A program made the translations under genes and the position numbers. Below are positions 9,763 through 17,974 of a DNA stretch of 64,000 bases, one piece after another (position 1 is the first letter of the stretch; each line of letters starts with the position of its first letter). The DNA is from a virus (lineage: Duplodnaviria; Heunggongvirae; Uroviricota; Caudoviricetes): IMG/VR virus record IMGVR_UViG_3300033049_000033, positions 1-64,000 of that record; one strand, 5' to 3'. The notes under the pieces are model-generated. The model was given only the letters and a program-made list of their open reading frames with translations. It was not told where the DNA came from and made no database searches.

Positions 9763-10092
9763 ATGAATAAATTACAGAAGGAACAACATAAAGAGATTAA
9801 ACGCCAAATTACAGAAGGCAAATTACCTATAGATAGTGTTATAGGCTGTGCTTCTTTAGGCGTTTTTGATTTAAACAATAATGAAATAAACGAAGGTTAC
9901 GTCATAAAACATAATGACAACTTATTTCTTATACGCTTTTCCAGAAATCAAAAACAATGGGTAGCAAGAGCAAGCGAAGGAATGAATTGGCGTGATTTTG
10001 ATTGGATTTTAAATGTAAGTAAATACTGTGAAATAGTTGCAAATATACACTTTGATAAGTGGGTGTGGGAGCGTTGGCAGCATTGCCTATAA
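9763..10092 (+). CDS. hypothetical protein
   Basis: 109 aa ORF; followed by the conserved intergenic motif at 10091. Confidence 0.4.
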   Translation: MNKLQKEQHKEIKRQITEGKLPIDSVIGCASLGVFDLNNNEINEGYVIKHNDNLFLIRFSRNQKQWVARASEGMNWRDFDWILNVSKYCEIVANIHFDKWVWERWQHCL

Positions 10093-10143
10093 CGGATTGT
10101 ATAAGATTAGTAGCGGAGAATTAACAAATAAAACTTAATTGAA

Positions 10144-10320
10144 ATGAATCAAATATTAATATGTTTCTTATTGCAGTTTGTCTTGTTTATTCCATTCTAT
10201 TTGATTTGGAAAAATGACTGTAAAAATATAGGTAAAGATAACTTGGCAGTGAGCCTGCAAGAAAGATTTATGTATTGGCTAATTCTTTGCCCTATTTGGT
10301 TGATAGGATTGATTACGTAG
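10144..10320 (+). CDS. small membrane protein (58 aa, 2 TM)
   Basis: MNQILICFLLQFVLFIPFYLIW...WLILCPIWLIGLIT; not in the ORF track because it is below 60 aa. Confidence 0.25.
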   Translation: MNQILICFLLQFVLFIPFYLIWKNDCKNIGKDNLAVSLQERFMYWLILCPIWLIGLIT

Positions 10321-10356
10321 CATTACACCCAACGTTTAGTATAAAATTTCGTTTTA

Positions 10357-10779
10357 ATGAATTTTATACCGTGTTATGTTTTAGCACGGTGTAGCAAATA
10401 TAAAAATATGATAAAAGTAAGTTTTGATTTTGATTCTACATTAAGTAGAAATGATGTGGAGAAATACGCAAAAGAATTGATTGATAGAAATATTGAAGTT
10501 TGGATTTGTACGAGTAGATACTCTCCCGAAAATGCCCCTAACAAAGAGTGGAATGATGATTTGTTTTTGGTTGCTGATAGAGTAGGGATAAAAAGAGAAA
10601 ATATAATATTTACAAACTTTGCTAATAAAAGCGAATACTTAAACAACAAAGGTTTTAAATGGCATATTGATGATGATAATATTGAGTTATCATTTATAAA
10701 AACAGATACAGATTTAACTCCAATATTTTTATTTGGTAATAAGAATTGGAAGAATGATTGTGAAAATGCACTAAAGTAG
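10357..10779 (+). CDS. small HAD-superfamily phosphatase (nucleotidase/Pnkp-phosphatase-like)
   Basis: HAD motif I VSFDFDSTL (DxDxT), motif II WICTSRY, Lys then HIDDD motif IV; likely start at MIKVSF (10408). Confidence 0.5.
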   Translation: MNFIPCYVLARCSKYKNMIKVSFDFDSTLSRNDVEKYAKELIDRNIEVWICTSRYSPENAPNKEWNDDLFLVADRVGIKRENIIFTNFANKSEYLNNKGFKWHIDDDNIELSFIKTDTDLTPIFLFGNKNWKNDCENALK

Positions 10780-10847
10780 TGTTAAACATAACGGTACTTG
10801 TGTATGGGTAGGTTTTTGACTTTGAATAATGAACTAAATTAATAGAT

Positions 10848-11096
10848 ATGGTACAAGAAATAGAAATGACAAAAGAAGAGCAAATGACAATGTATATGAA
10901 ATGCTCTAAAAAAGAACTATGTGAAATGCTGATTGAAGCAAATAAGCACTTAAAAAACTTACCTATACACGTTGTTACCCAACGTAGTGAACTGGTTTGT
11001 GATTGTTTGCCAATGAGTACGCAAGTAAGCACTATAAATGGTAGATACATTTGCTGTACTTGTAATAAACCGCTCTTATCACAAACTTGTGGGTAA
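10848..11096 (+). CDS. hypothetical protein with Cys cluster
   Basis: 82 aa; CDC...CCTCNKP zinc-ribbon-like; followed by the intergenic motif. Confidence 0.4.
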   Translation: MVQEIEMTKEEQMTMYMKCSKKELCEMLIEANKHLKNLPIHVVTQRSELVCDCLPMSTQVSTINGRYICCTCNKPLLSQTCG

Positions 11097-11175
11097 CGTT
11101 TAGTATAAGATTAGTGCGCTAAACGATAAACTTTGAATTAAGCACTAACATAGCCAAGCGCATTAATTTTATACA

Positions 11176-11466
11176 TTGTTATATGTAGTGCGTGTAAATA
11201 AAAAACAGAAAATGACACATACAAAAGGGAATGTAATAGTAGAAGAAATAAAGGTTGGTGACATTCATTATGAATACGACCTTGGACTTGGAATTAAAAC
11301 TGAAGTGTTAACCAAACCAACGCTAAATGAAGATGGTAATTGGACTTGGAAAAGCAAGAATGTAAATAGTAATAAAAAAATTGATTATTTGGTTGACCCT
11401 AAATACCCACATTATTCTGCCAACCTTTATGACTATGAGGCTTACAATGTGAAGCATTACATATAA
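11176..11466 (+). CDS. hypothetical protein
   Basis: 96 aa ORF. Confidence 0.4.
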   Translation: MLYVVRVNKKQKMTHTKGNVIVEEIKVGDIHYEYDLGLGIKTEVLTKPTLNEDGNWTWKSKNVNSNKKIDYLVDPKYPHYSANLYDYEAYNVKHYI

Positions 11467-11588
11467 CGTTCTTTGTGTATGAAAAGTAGCCCATGCACAA
11501 GGTTTCGGATTAGTAAAAAGTTAGTAGGCTATTTTTGATAAACATTGTTGTGTAGTAGTACGGATTATTAACCTATAAACTTTATAAA

Positions 11589-11834
11589 ATGGACACAAAA
11601 CAAAAATACGTTAGACTGAAAGAGTATGATGAGATAATAATATTTCCTCAAATAATACAACACTCTGAATTTTCAAACATGAACCCCGTATCTGCTGGAT
11701 TTTGCCATGTGCATAAAGACAAAGTGGTGTGCTTTGGTGAAAGCATAAGTTTAGGATTGAAAAGCAAGGAAGATGATACGCTGATGGCAACTAAACAGAT
11801 ATACGGCTGGGACGCTTTGAAAGCGATAATGTAG
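11589..11834 (+). CDS. hypothetical protein
   Basis: 81 aa ORF; followed by the intergenic motif. Confidence 0.4.
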   Translation: MDTKQKYVRLKEYDEIIIFPQIIQHSEFSNMNPVSAGFCHVHKDKVVCFGESISLGLKSKEDDTLMATKQIYGWDALKAIM

Positions 11835-11864
11835 TATTACACACAACGGTCTAGTATAAACGCA

Positions 11865-12113
11865 GTGCGGATAAATAAAACAAAAATTATGATACATACA
11901 ATACACACAGTAAAAGAAATGTATGCTAAGGAACTTGGTTATGAAAACTGGGAAACTTGCATAAATGACCAACCTAATTATAAAGTAGAAGAATTAATGG
12001 ATGAAGTAGCATTGCGTTTATGCATTGTTGTGAAATCGTTGCCTAGCGAAATTGAAATAGGTAAGGCAATGAGTGATTTAAGCGATATAGCCAATAAGGA
12101 AGCGGAAAGATAA
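11865..12113 (+). CDS. hypothetical protein
   Basis: 82 aa ORF. Confidence 0.4.
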   Translation: MRINKTKIMIHTIHTVKEMYAKELGYENWETCINDQPNYKVEELMDEVALRLCIVVKSLPSEIEIGKAMSDLSDIANKEAER

Positions 12114-12177
12114 TAGGCTATGTTTTACAACTACCAGATAAACCACACCACACCTAACCAATTGAAAATCAATTACT

Positions 12178-12969
12178 ATGACAACAATAATTACAAAGCA
12201 ATCCGAACTCTTTGTGAGTGGTTTAAGTGTAAAAAACTATTCCAAATCCACTATTGACCAATACAACTCTATTCTTAAAAAGTTTTTAAGGTTCTTTCGT
12301 AAGTCCCCTAATAGAATATCATCTGATGAAATAGTCTTGTGGTTATCAAAATTAAAATCATCATCCGCAAAAAGGCAAGCGGTTGGGGCTATTCGCAATT
12401 ATTATACTCACGTAGTTGGTCAACCGAATAAATTCAAGAGAGTACCTTATCCAAAGAAGGAACGAATCCTACCTCAAATATTTTCTCAACAAGTAGTAAT
12501 TAAAAGGATTGGTAGGGTTAAAAATTTTAAGCACAAGATGATTATTTCGGTTCTATATGGTTCGGGAATAAGGCTTTCGGAGTTACTTGATTTAAAATTA
12601 AGTGATATTGACGGGGTTAGGAATACTTTATTCATCAGACATGGAAAGGGAAGAAAGGACCGCATAGTTCCCGTGTCAGTGAAATTAATTTCAGACCTTA
12701 GAAGGTACTTCAAAGAGTATCGACCTAAAGGTTATTTATTTGAAGGGCAAACTGGTGGTAGATATTCAGGGACTTCAGTTCAGAAAATTTGTAAGAAACA
12801 CATGAAGTGCAATCCACATTTATTACGACACCAAAATTTGACACACTTAATAGAATCGGGAGTTCATTTATCTGAAGTAAGTCGTAGGGCTGGTCACTCG
12901 AAAATTTCGACTACACATGATGTTTACAGCCATATAATCACAACATTCAACCCTATAACACTATTATAA
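12178..12969 (+). CDS. tyrosine site-specific recombinase (XerC/D-integrase family)
   Basis: 263 aa; N-terminal SAM-like domain; catalytic R (GIRLSEL), HLLRHQ (HxxR), GHSKISTTHDVYSHI (Tyr nucleophile). Confidence 0.8.
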   Translation: MTTIITKQSELFVSGLSVKNYSKSTIDQYNSILKKFLRFFRKSPNRISSDEIVLWLSKLKSSSAKRQAVGAIRNYYTHVVGQPNKFKRVPYPKKERILPQIFSQQVVIKRIGRVKNFKHKMIISVLYGSGIRLSELLDLKLSDIDGVRNTLFIRHGKGRKDRIVPVSVKLISDLRRYFKEYRPKGYLFEGQTGGRYSGTSVQKICKKHMKCNPHLLRHQNLTHLIESGVHLSEVSRRAGHSKISTTHDVYSHIITTFNPITLL

Positions 12970-12974
12970 TATAT

Positions 12975-13010
12975 TTGGTTTTGTCAAAATAATTTTGTAT
13001 CTTTGTATTA
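12975..13010 (+). promoter_or_regulatory. Bacteroidetes-type promoter (TTTG-N19-TATCTTTG) for the RNA ligase N-fragment gene
   Basis: TTTG at 12975-12978, TATCTTTG at 12998-13005. Confidence 0.55.
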
Positions 13011-13042
13011 CGGAATTGAAGGTCTTCAAAAGAAATGAGAAA

Positions 13043-13843
13043 ATGGAACTAGCGATAGTTAAGTACATAAAAGAACATGGTTTAGCGAAAGCTATTAAAG
13101 ATTTTAGTCTTAAGTCTAGAATTTACCAAGATAAAATTTTACTAAAATATGACCAGCTTAACTCACCATTCGGTAATAGAGAAGTTGAAGAATGTAGAGG
13201 TCTCATTTTAGAACGAGATACTTGGAGAGTTATGTCTCTTGGTCTAACCAAGTTCTATAATTCTGCTGAGGGTCACGCTGCTAAAATTGGTTGGGATACT
13301 GCTAGAGTCTTGAAGAAAGAAGATGGTTGTTGTCATAGAGACACTATCCTTAAGACTGAGGATGGTGATATGACCATTAAAGAAATCTGTGATACTGAAT
13401 ATGCTGGTAAGGTTCTATCTTACGATATTGAATCTGGGGAAACCGTATATGACGAGATAGTAGCTCATTCGACTAAAAATAATATCGATAATTGGTATGA
13501 AATTGAGTTAGAAGATGGTACTACCATTAAATTAACTGCTAACCATAAAGTATGGTTACCGAATCTTAATTGTTACAGGGCAGTAGAAAACCTTACTGAG
13601 GACGATGAATTCTTAGTGTTAAACATTAGTGATATGGAATATATAAAATGTGTCGATAAGTTCGGTAACGAAGTAAAGGATGGTGATTTAGTGGACATAC
13701 AAAAAGCTGGTGCTTATAAGGTTTATAAAAAGAATAGCCAGCTTTACTTTAAACCTTATGGTGAAGAAGAAAGGGTGTCTGCTTATTTTAGTAATGACAT
13801 GGTAAAGTGTGATGAAGATGGATGTTGGTTAGATGTGACCTAA
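13043..13843 (+). CDS. RNA ligase 1 (T4 RnlA-like) N-terminal fragment fused to the N-part of a split intein
   Basis: N-extein ECRGLILERD...ARVLKKEDG (nucleotidyltransferase motif I) ends at 13327; CCHRDTILKTEDG (intein block A) and LTANHKVW (block B) follow; ORF stops at 13843. The upstream ATG at 12995 lies inside the promoter, so 13043 is used. Confidence 0.75.
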   Translation: MELAIVKYIKEHGLAKAIKDFSLKSRIYQDKILLKYDQLNSPFGNREVEECRGLILERDTWRVMSLGLTKFYNSAEGHAAKIGWDTARVLKKEDGCCHRDTILKTEDGDMTIKEICDTEYAGKVLSYDIESGETVYDEIVAHSTKNNIDNWYEIELEDGTTIKLTANHKVWLPNLNCYRAVENLTEDDEFLVLNISDMEYIKCVDKFGNEVKDGDLVDIQKAGAYKVYKKNSQLYFKPYGEEERVSAYFSNDMVKCDEDGCWLDVT

Positions 13844-13957
13844 TCGCATATAGATAGAATTTCACCAAGCACGTTAGAATATTTAGTTTTAAAATAAGAG
13901 GACGATTATCTAACTTTTCCAGTACTTGAGACTATTTATGGTTAAAGGTATTAGATT

Positions 13958-14899
13958 ATGGAAAAGATGATATGTGAAAAGTGTGGTGGTGAGTTTAGTA
14001 ACAAGATGTTTAAGTTGCACGTTAAGAATTCACATTCAGATGAATTTGACTCAAACGAAGATTTAGATAGATTTGTTCTTAAATATCGATTTAACTTAAC
14101 TGATGAATTTCTATCCGAACTCATCTCTGAATACAAAGAGGTGGGTTTGGTTGACCGATTAGTTAAGAAATATAACATACCACATAAAAGTATGTCAGAA
14201 ATACTTTCACTAAATGGCGTTACTTTAAATACCTTTAAGGAAGCTTGCTCACTACCACATAAACATCAAGCTTATGTGGACACATGTAAAGATAGATACG
14301 GTGTGGAGAATGTATCCCAGTTAGAATCAATTCAGAAGAAAAAAGAGGATACATTCCTTAAAAATTATGGTGTAACTAACATCTTCAAAGACCCTGAAGC
14401 GCAAAAGATGTTCGGTGAGGTAATAGAAGAAAGATATGGTAGTAAAAGATTAAGTGGTTGGCACAAATTAGGTGCTGGTGGTAAGATAGAGTGGCTTAAG
14501 CGATTAAATTCCAGTAGGGGTAAGCAATCGAAGCTAGAACTAAGGGTGGGGAATATCTTAACGGATTTAAGTGTTAATTGGGAACCACAATATGAGATTA
14601 AAGGTAAATACTACGACTTCAGAATAAAGGGGTTAAAGTTGCTTATAGAGGTGAATGGAGATTTTTGGCATGCAAATCCTGAGAAATATAGGGCTAACGA
14701 TATACTACCGTTCCCGACTAAGAATGGTGTAAAAAGTGAGATTACTGCCAAATCATTGTGGAAGAAAGATGAAAAAAAATTAAAGATTGCTAGGAATTGT
14801 GGTTTTTTTTGTGTATCTTTGTGGGAGAATGATATGAAATGTATGTCTGACGAAGAGTTAGGTATTAAATTATTAGACATAATAAACAACATTATCTAA
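13958..14899 (+). CDS. free-standing Vsr-like (PD-(D/E)xK) homing endonuclease between the split-intein halves
   Basis: 313 aa; N-terminal CEKCGG zinc-finger-like; C-terminal LLIEVNGDFWHANPEKY resembling the Vsr FxDGxFWH motif. Confidence 0.7.
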   Translation: MEKMICEKCGGEFSNKMFKLHVKNSHSDEFDSNEDLDRFVLKYRFNLTDEFLSELISEYKEVGLVDRLVKKYNIPHKSMSEILSLNGVTLNTFKEACSLPHKHQAYVDTCKDRYGVENVSQLESIQKKKEDTFLKNYGVTNIFKDPEAQKMFGEVIEERYGSKRLSGWHKLGAGGKIEWLKRLNSSRGKQSKLELRVGNILTDLSVNWEPQYEIKGKYYDFRIKGLKLLIEVNGDFWHANPEKYRANDILPFPTKNGVKSEITAKSLWKKDEKKLKIARNCGFFCVSLWENDMKCMSDEELGIKLLDIINNII

Positions 14900-14908
14900 T
14901 TTAATAAG

Positions 14909-15157
14909 ATGGAAGAAAGGTTAAACAGATTAACAGAGCAACGGGGTTCAATGAACAAACAAACAACAACCATAGAGATATTAGACTATATAGAAAATCT
15001 GTTAGAGATAGAGAAGGAAGATTTTAGACGAAAACAATTAAAAGCTGTGTCTGATGGAAATCAAGATTATCATGGTGCGATAACATGTGCAACAGCAAGG
15101 TCTGTTACTATGGGAATACTAAGTACAATAATGACTGACACTATTGATTGTAGGTAA
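14909..15157 (+). CDS. hypothetical protein
   Basis: 82 aa ORF between the endonuclease gene and the C-intein gene. Confidence 0.3.
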   Translation: MEERLNRLTEQRGSMNKQTTTIEILDYIENLLEIEKEDFRRKQLKAVSDGNQDYHGAITCATARSVTMGILSTIMTDTIDCR

Positions 15158-16127
15158 TAACGCAATTATGAAAATAATTAAAATTAAAAGAATTAGTAAG
15201 TTGGCGTCAGACTCTAAGAGGTATGATATCGAGACAAAGAATACTCATAATTTCTTTGCTGATGGTATTCTAGTGCATAACTCTTGCATCAACCTATACT
15301 ACGACTGGATTAAGGAAGAGTGGTTCGCTGCTACTACTGGTATGGCAGAGGGTGAGGGTGAAATCAATAACCGTGAGAATACCTCATTCAACGACTTGTT
15401 CTGGGAAACCGTTAGGAACAAGTATGATGAGGATAAGTTCAAGGATAACTTGGAGATTGGTTTCACTTACGTTTTTGAATTGACCACTCCGTATAATATA
15501 GTTGTTGCACCTCATACCGAATCTAGGGTAACCTTATTAACCATCAGGAGTCTGCGTAACTTAAAAGAGTTAGCCTCATCAATATGTTTTGCGGAAGCCT
15601 ATGGTCTAGGGGTACCAATTGTCGAGGAATATGACCTTAATAGCGGTAATGTTGAATTTCTTTTAAGGACATTCGAGAATATGGACGCTTTTTCGGAGGG
15701 TTACGTAGTTGTAGATGATAAATTCAATCGTATTAAGATAAAGAATCCAAAATACGTAGCGATTCACCATTTAAAATCGAAGACATCTTCATATGCAATT
15801 ATGGAGATAATAAAATCTAATGAAGTAGATGAGTTTATCGCCACATTCCCTGAAAGAGAAGTAGAAATCAAAGCACTTAGGGTTAGTTATAATAACCTAA
15901 TTGTGGAATTAGAAGCTTTGTGGGGCATACTTGAAGTTCATAAACCAAAGAATATTACACCAGCAGAACGTAAGAAATTCGCAACCAAAGTTTTCGAGGT
16001 GGTTGATGTCAACGATAAAAAGACGTTCACAGGGTTATATTTCGGTCTTATGGACGGAAAAGTAACTTCAATTGTGGATTATATCCGAAACATGGACAAT
16101 AAAAGACTTTTCGCTTTATTAACTTAA
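15144..16127 (+). CDS. C-part of split intein fused to RNA ligase 1 C-terminal fragment
   Basis: MKIIKIKRISKLASDSKRYDIETKNTHNFFADGILVHN (Npu DnaE IntC-like) ends at 15281; C-extein starts SCINLYYD so the joined junction reads KEDG-S (T4 Rnl1 motif I is KEDGSL); EGYVVVDDKFNRIKIKNPKYV matches Rnl1. Likely start is the Met at 15168. Confidence 0.75.
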   Translation: MIVGNNAIMKIIKIKRISKLASDSKRYDIETKNTHNFFADGILVHNSCINLYYDWIKEEWFAATTGMAEGEGEINNRENTSFNDLFWETVRNKYDEDKFKDNLEIGFTYVFELTTPYNIVVAPHTESRVTLLTIRSLRNLKELASSICFAEAYGLGVPIVEEYDLNSGNVEFLLRTFENMDAFSEGYVVVDDKFNRIKIKNPKYVAIHHLKSKTSSYAIMEIIKSNEVDEFIATFPEREVEIKALRVSYNNLIVELEALWGILEVHKPKNITPAERKKFATKVFEVVDVNDKKTFTGLYFGLMDGKVTSIVDYIRNMDNKRLFALLT

Positions 16128-16816
16128 AGCAATAGGTCTTTCTTATCTACCCTATTAATTTTACTACACAATGGTTGGAGATTGGCGTAATGGTTTAGCG
16201 CTATCACATCATCTTCACTGTTAGCACTAGATATCGGTACAATATGGTCAATATCCCAACCATATCCGTATTCTCCATTATATTTACCATAATTATCCCA
16301 ATTCATCCAATCCTCCAATTGTGATTCAATATGTAATTTGAATTCATCGAATGAGCACCCAAGTATCTTATAAGTCTTAGATTTTTTAGTGTAGCCGAAC
16401 CTACGAATAGCATGACATATCAAACCTCTTGCAGCAACCGACATTCTAAACACTGGGTCAGTTTTAACTTTCTTTCTCACATAATTATTAATGTGTTCCC
16501 TGTTATTAGTGTCCCACACCTTTTTGTCTTCCCTAATTTTAGATTTGTTATTTTCCCTATACTCTTTCTTTTTCGCTAAAATGCGTTTACGATTTGTGAT
16601 ATGGTACTTTTTTACCCGTTTTTCTATATGCTCTTTATTTTCAATCTCATAGACTCTACGTTTCTCCAATAAAGAATCACGATTCTCATTATAAAGTCTT
16701 CTACGTTCGGCATTAATATTGTCCTTGTTTTGTTCGTATAGTTCTTTACGTTCACGATTTATTCGCTCTTTATTGGCTTCGTACCATTCTTTTTTCCTAA
16801 CCTGTTCCTTAGTCAT
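16124..16816 (-). CDS. HNH homing endonuclease (paralog 2)
   Basis: 230 aa; seven 15-aa basic repeats (KEWYEANKERINRER, KELYEQNKDNINAER ...); C-terminal GCSFDEFKLHIESQLEDWMNWDNYG...WDIDHIVPISSA...NLQPLC. Confidence 0.8.
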   Translation of the reverse strand: MTKEQVRKKEWYEANKERINRERKELYEQNKDNINAERRRLYNENRDSLLEKRRVYEIENKEHIEKRVKKYHITNRKRILAKKKEYRENNKSKIREDKKVWDTNNREHINNYVRKKVKTDPVFRMSVAARGLICHAIRRFGYTKKSKTYKILGCSFDEFKLHIESQLEDWMNWDNYGKYNGEYGYGWDIDHIVPISSANSEDDVIALNHYANLQPLCSKINRVDKKDLLL

Positions 16817-16967
16817 TAGTAATGAGGTTAAAATGCTGTTCCAACAACCAATTAACCAGTTGCGACTTATTTACGCCACCTTCAACCAGTTGGTTGTAGT
16901 TCTCATTTGAGATGGTAACACTTATCTTACCTTTCTTCTCATTCTCTTTTTTCTTTGGTCGTCCCAT
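16809..16967 (-). CDS. ribbon-helix-helix-like small protein (52 aa)
   Basis: MGRPKKKENEKKGKISVTISNENYNQLVEGGVNKSQLVNWLLEQHFNLITND; stop overlaps the HNH start (ATGACTAA); paralog of the 17029-17157 ORF. Confidence 0.45.
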   Translation of the reverse strand: MGRPKKKENEKKGKISVTISNENYNQLVEGGVNKSQLVNWLLEQHFNLITND

Positions 16968-17028
16968 ATCTATTATTCCTTTAATATAAATATGGTGCTA
17001 CTTGGTAAAAGTATGACAAATACAACTT

Positions 17029-17157
17029 TTATTTCTTCTTTTCAAAGTGTTTGGTTAGTAGTGAGTTGATTAGCTTGGATTTATTATAGTTACCTTCCTC
17101 CAGAAGTTTAAGGATTTCGGGTGATAGTGCCACACCTATTTTAGTTTTATCGCTCAT
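17029..17157 (-). CDS. ribbon-helix-helix (CopG/Arc-like) small protein (42 aa)
   Basis: MSDKTKIGVALSPEILKLLEEGNYNKSKLINSLLTKHFEKKK; beta-strand then two helices; TATATTTA -7-like element just upstream. Confidence 0.45.
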   Translation of the reverse strand: MSDKTKIGVALSPEILKLLEEGNYNKSKLINSLLTKHFEKKK

Positions 17158-17180
17158 ACTGGTAAATATACGCTAAAAAC

Positions 17181-17216
17181 TTGCATAAGTCAAATAAATT
17201 TTGTATCTTTGTAATA
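17181..17216 (+). promoter_or_regulatory. family-A promoter (TTGCATAAGTCAAAT...TATCTTTG), rightward, divergent from the RHH operon
   Basis: TTG 17181-17183, TATCTTTG 17204-17211. Confidence 0.55.
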
Positions 17217-17236
17217 TAATTGATGTGGTGGGTGTG

Positions 17237-17264
17237 AATAAGGCAAACGGAATAAGGCAAACGG
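17237..17264. repeat. tandem direct repeat 2 x 14 bp (AATAAGGCAAACGG) in the divergent regulatory region
   Basis: gaataaggcaaacgg gaataaggcaaacgg read directly. Confidence 0.6.
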
Positions 17265-17459
17265 AACAAATAAACAAAGGCGGTTATGGTTACCAACATC
17301 GGTGAGAATCGGTTCTGAGGGTTAGAATCCCAGTCTTATCCACCATCACCCATTGACAACTATAAAAATATTTTACTTTTATGTGGATAAGGACAATAAG
17401 TGGCTGGAGGTTCATTGAAGTTGAACAAACATCACAAGGAATGTGGGTACCAAAAATAG

Positions 17460-17690
17460 ATGATGGTAAAAACAAAACAAGATATAAGGATAACACCGAA
17501 AGAAAAGGCTAAGGAGTTTTTAGAAAAAGCTCGTCCACATGTTGAATATTGGGATTGTAGAAATGACAGCCCATTAGAATACGACCACCTCACAAAAATT
17601 ACCATGATTTGGGTTAACGAAATATTGGATACGTTGGAATGGATGTCGAATATAAAAGTTGGTGATGACATACTTTTAGATGAAAGTTAA
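17460..17690 (+). CDS. hypothetical protein
   Basis: 76 aa ORF after a 240-nt leader. Confidence 0.4.
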   Translation: MMVKTKQDIRITPKEKAKEFLEKARPHVEYWDCRNDSPLEYDHLTKITMIWVNEILDTLEWMSNIKVGDDILLDES

Positions 17691-17713
17691 GACATACCTT
17701 CGACCTAAAAATA

Positions 17714-17974
17714 ATGTATATGATTACTGAAGAAGAATTGGATACTTTAGATACCTTTGGTCGGGAAAATGATGGTTGTTATAGCGACAGATGGGAGTTT
17801 GCTATCCTACCTAGTAATCGTCTTTCTAGAAAAGAACGGAAATTACCAACAACGAAGTGGATGTTATGCTTCGAATCTGAGGTTGACGGTGCGCTGTGCC
17901 TGATTAAGTATCTTAAAGATTTTGATGACCTCAAAAACGTGTACCATGCTATAACTGATAATAAACTAACATGA
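17714..17974 (+). CDS. hypothetical protein
   Basis: 86 aa ORF. Confidence 0.4.
   Translation: MYMITEEELDTLDTFGRENDGCYSDRWEFAILPSNRLSRKERKLPTTKWMLCFESEVDGALCLIKYLKDFDDLKNVYHAITDNKLT

Noticed and set aside
12995-13042. Using the first ATG (12995) as the RNA ligase start
   Set aside because: That ATG lies inside the TTTG-N19-TATCTTTG promoter (12975-13005), upstream of the likely transcription start. 13043 (MELAIVKY) is the first ATG in the transcript.
17281-17345. tRNA-like 3' end (GGTTAGAATCCCAGTCTTATCCACCA, ending in CCA with a T-loop-like GTTAGAATC)
   Set aside because: No 7-bp acceptor stem can be formed with any upstream segment, the T-stem does not pair, and there is no anticodon or D arm. 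The CCACCA is part of a long inverted repeat (GTCTTATCCAC/GTGGATAAGGAC) instead.
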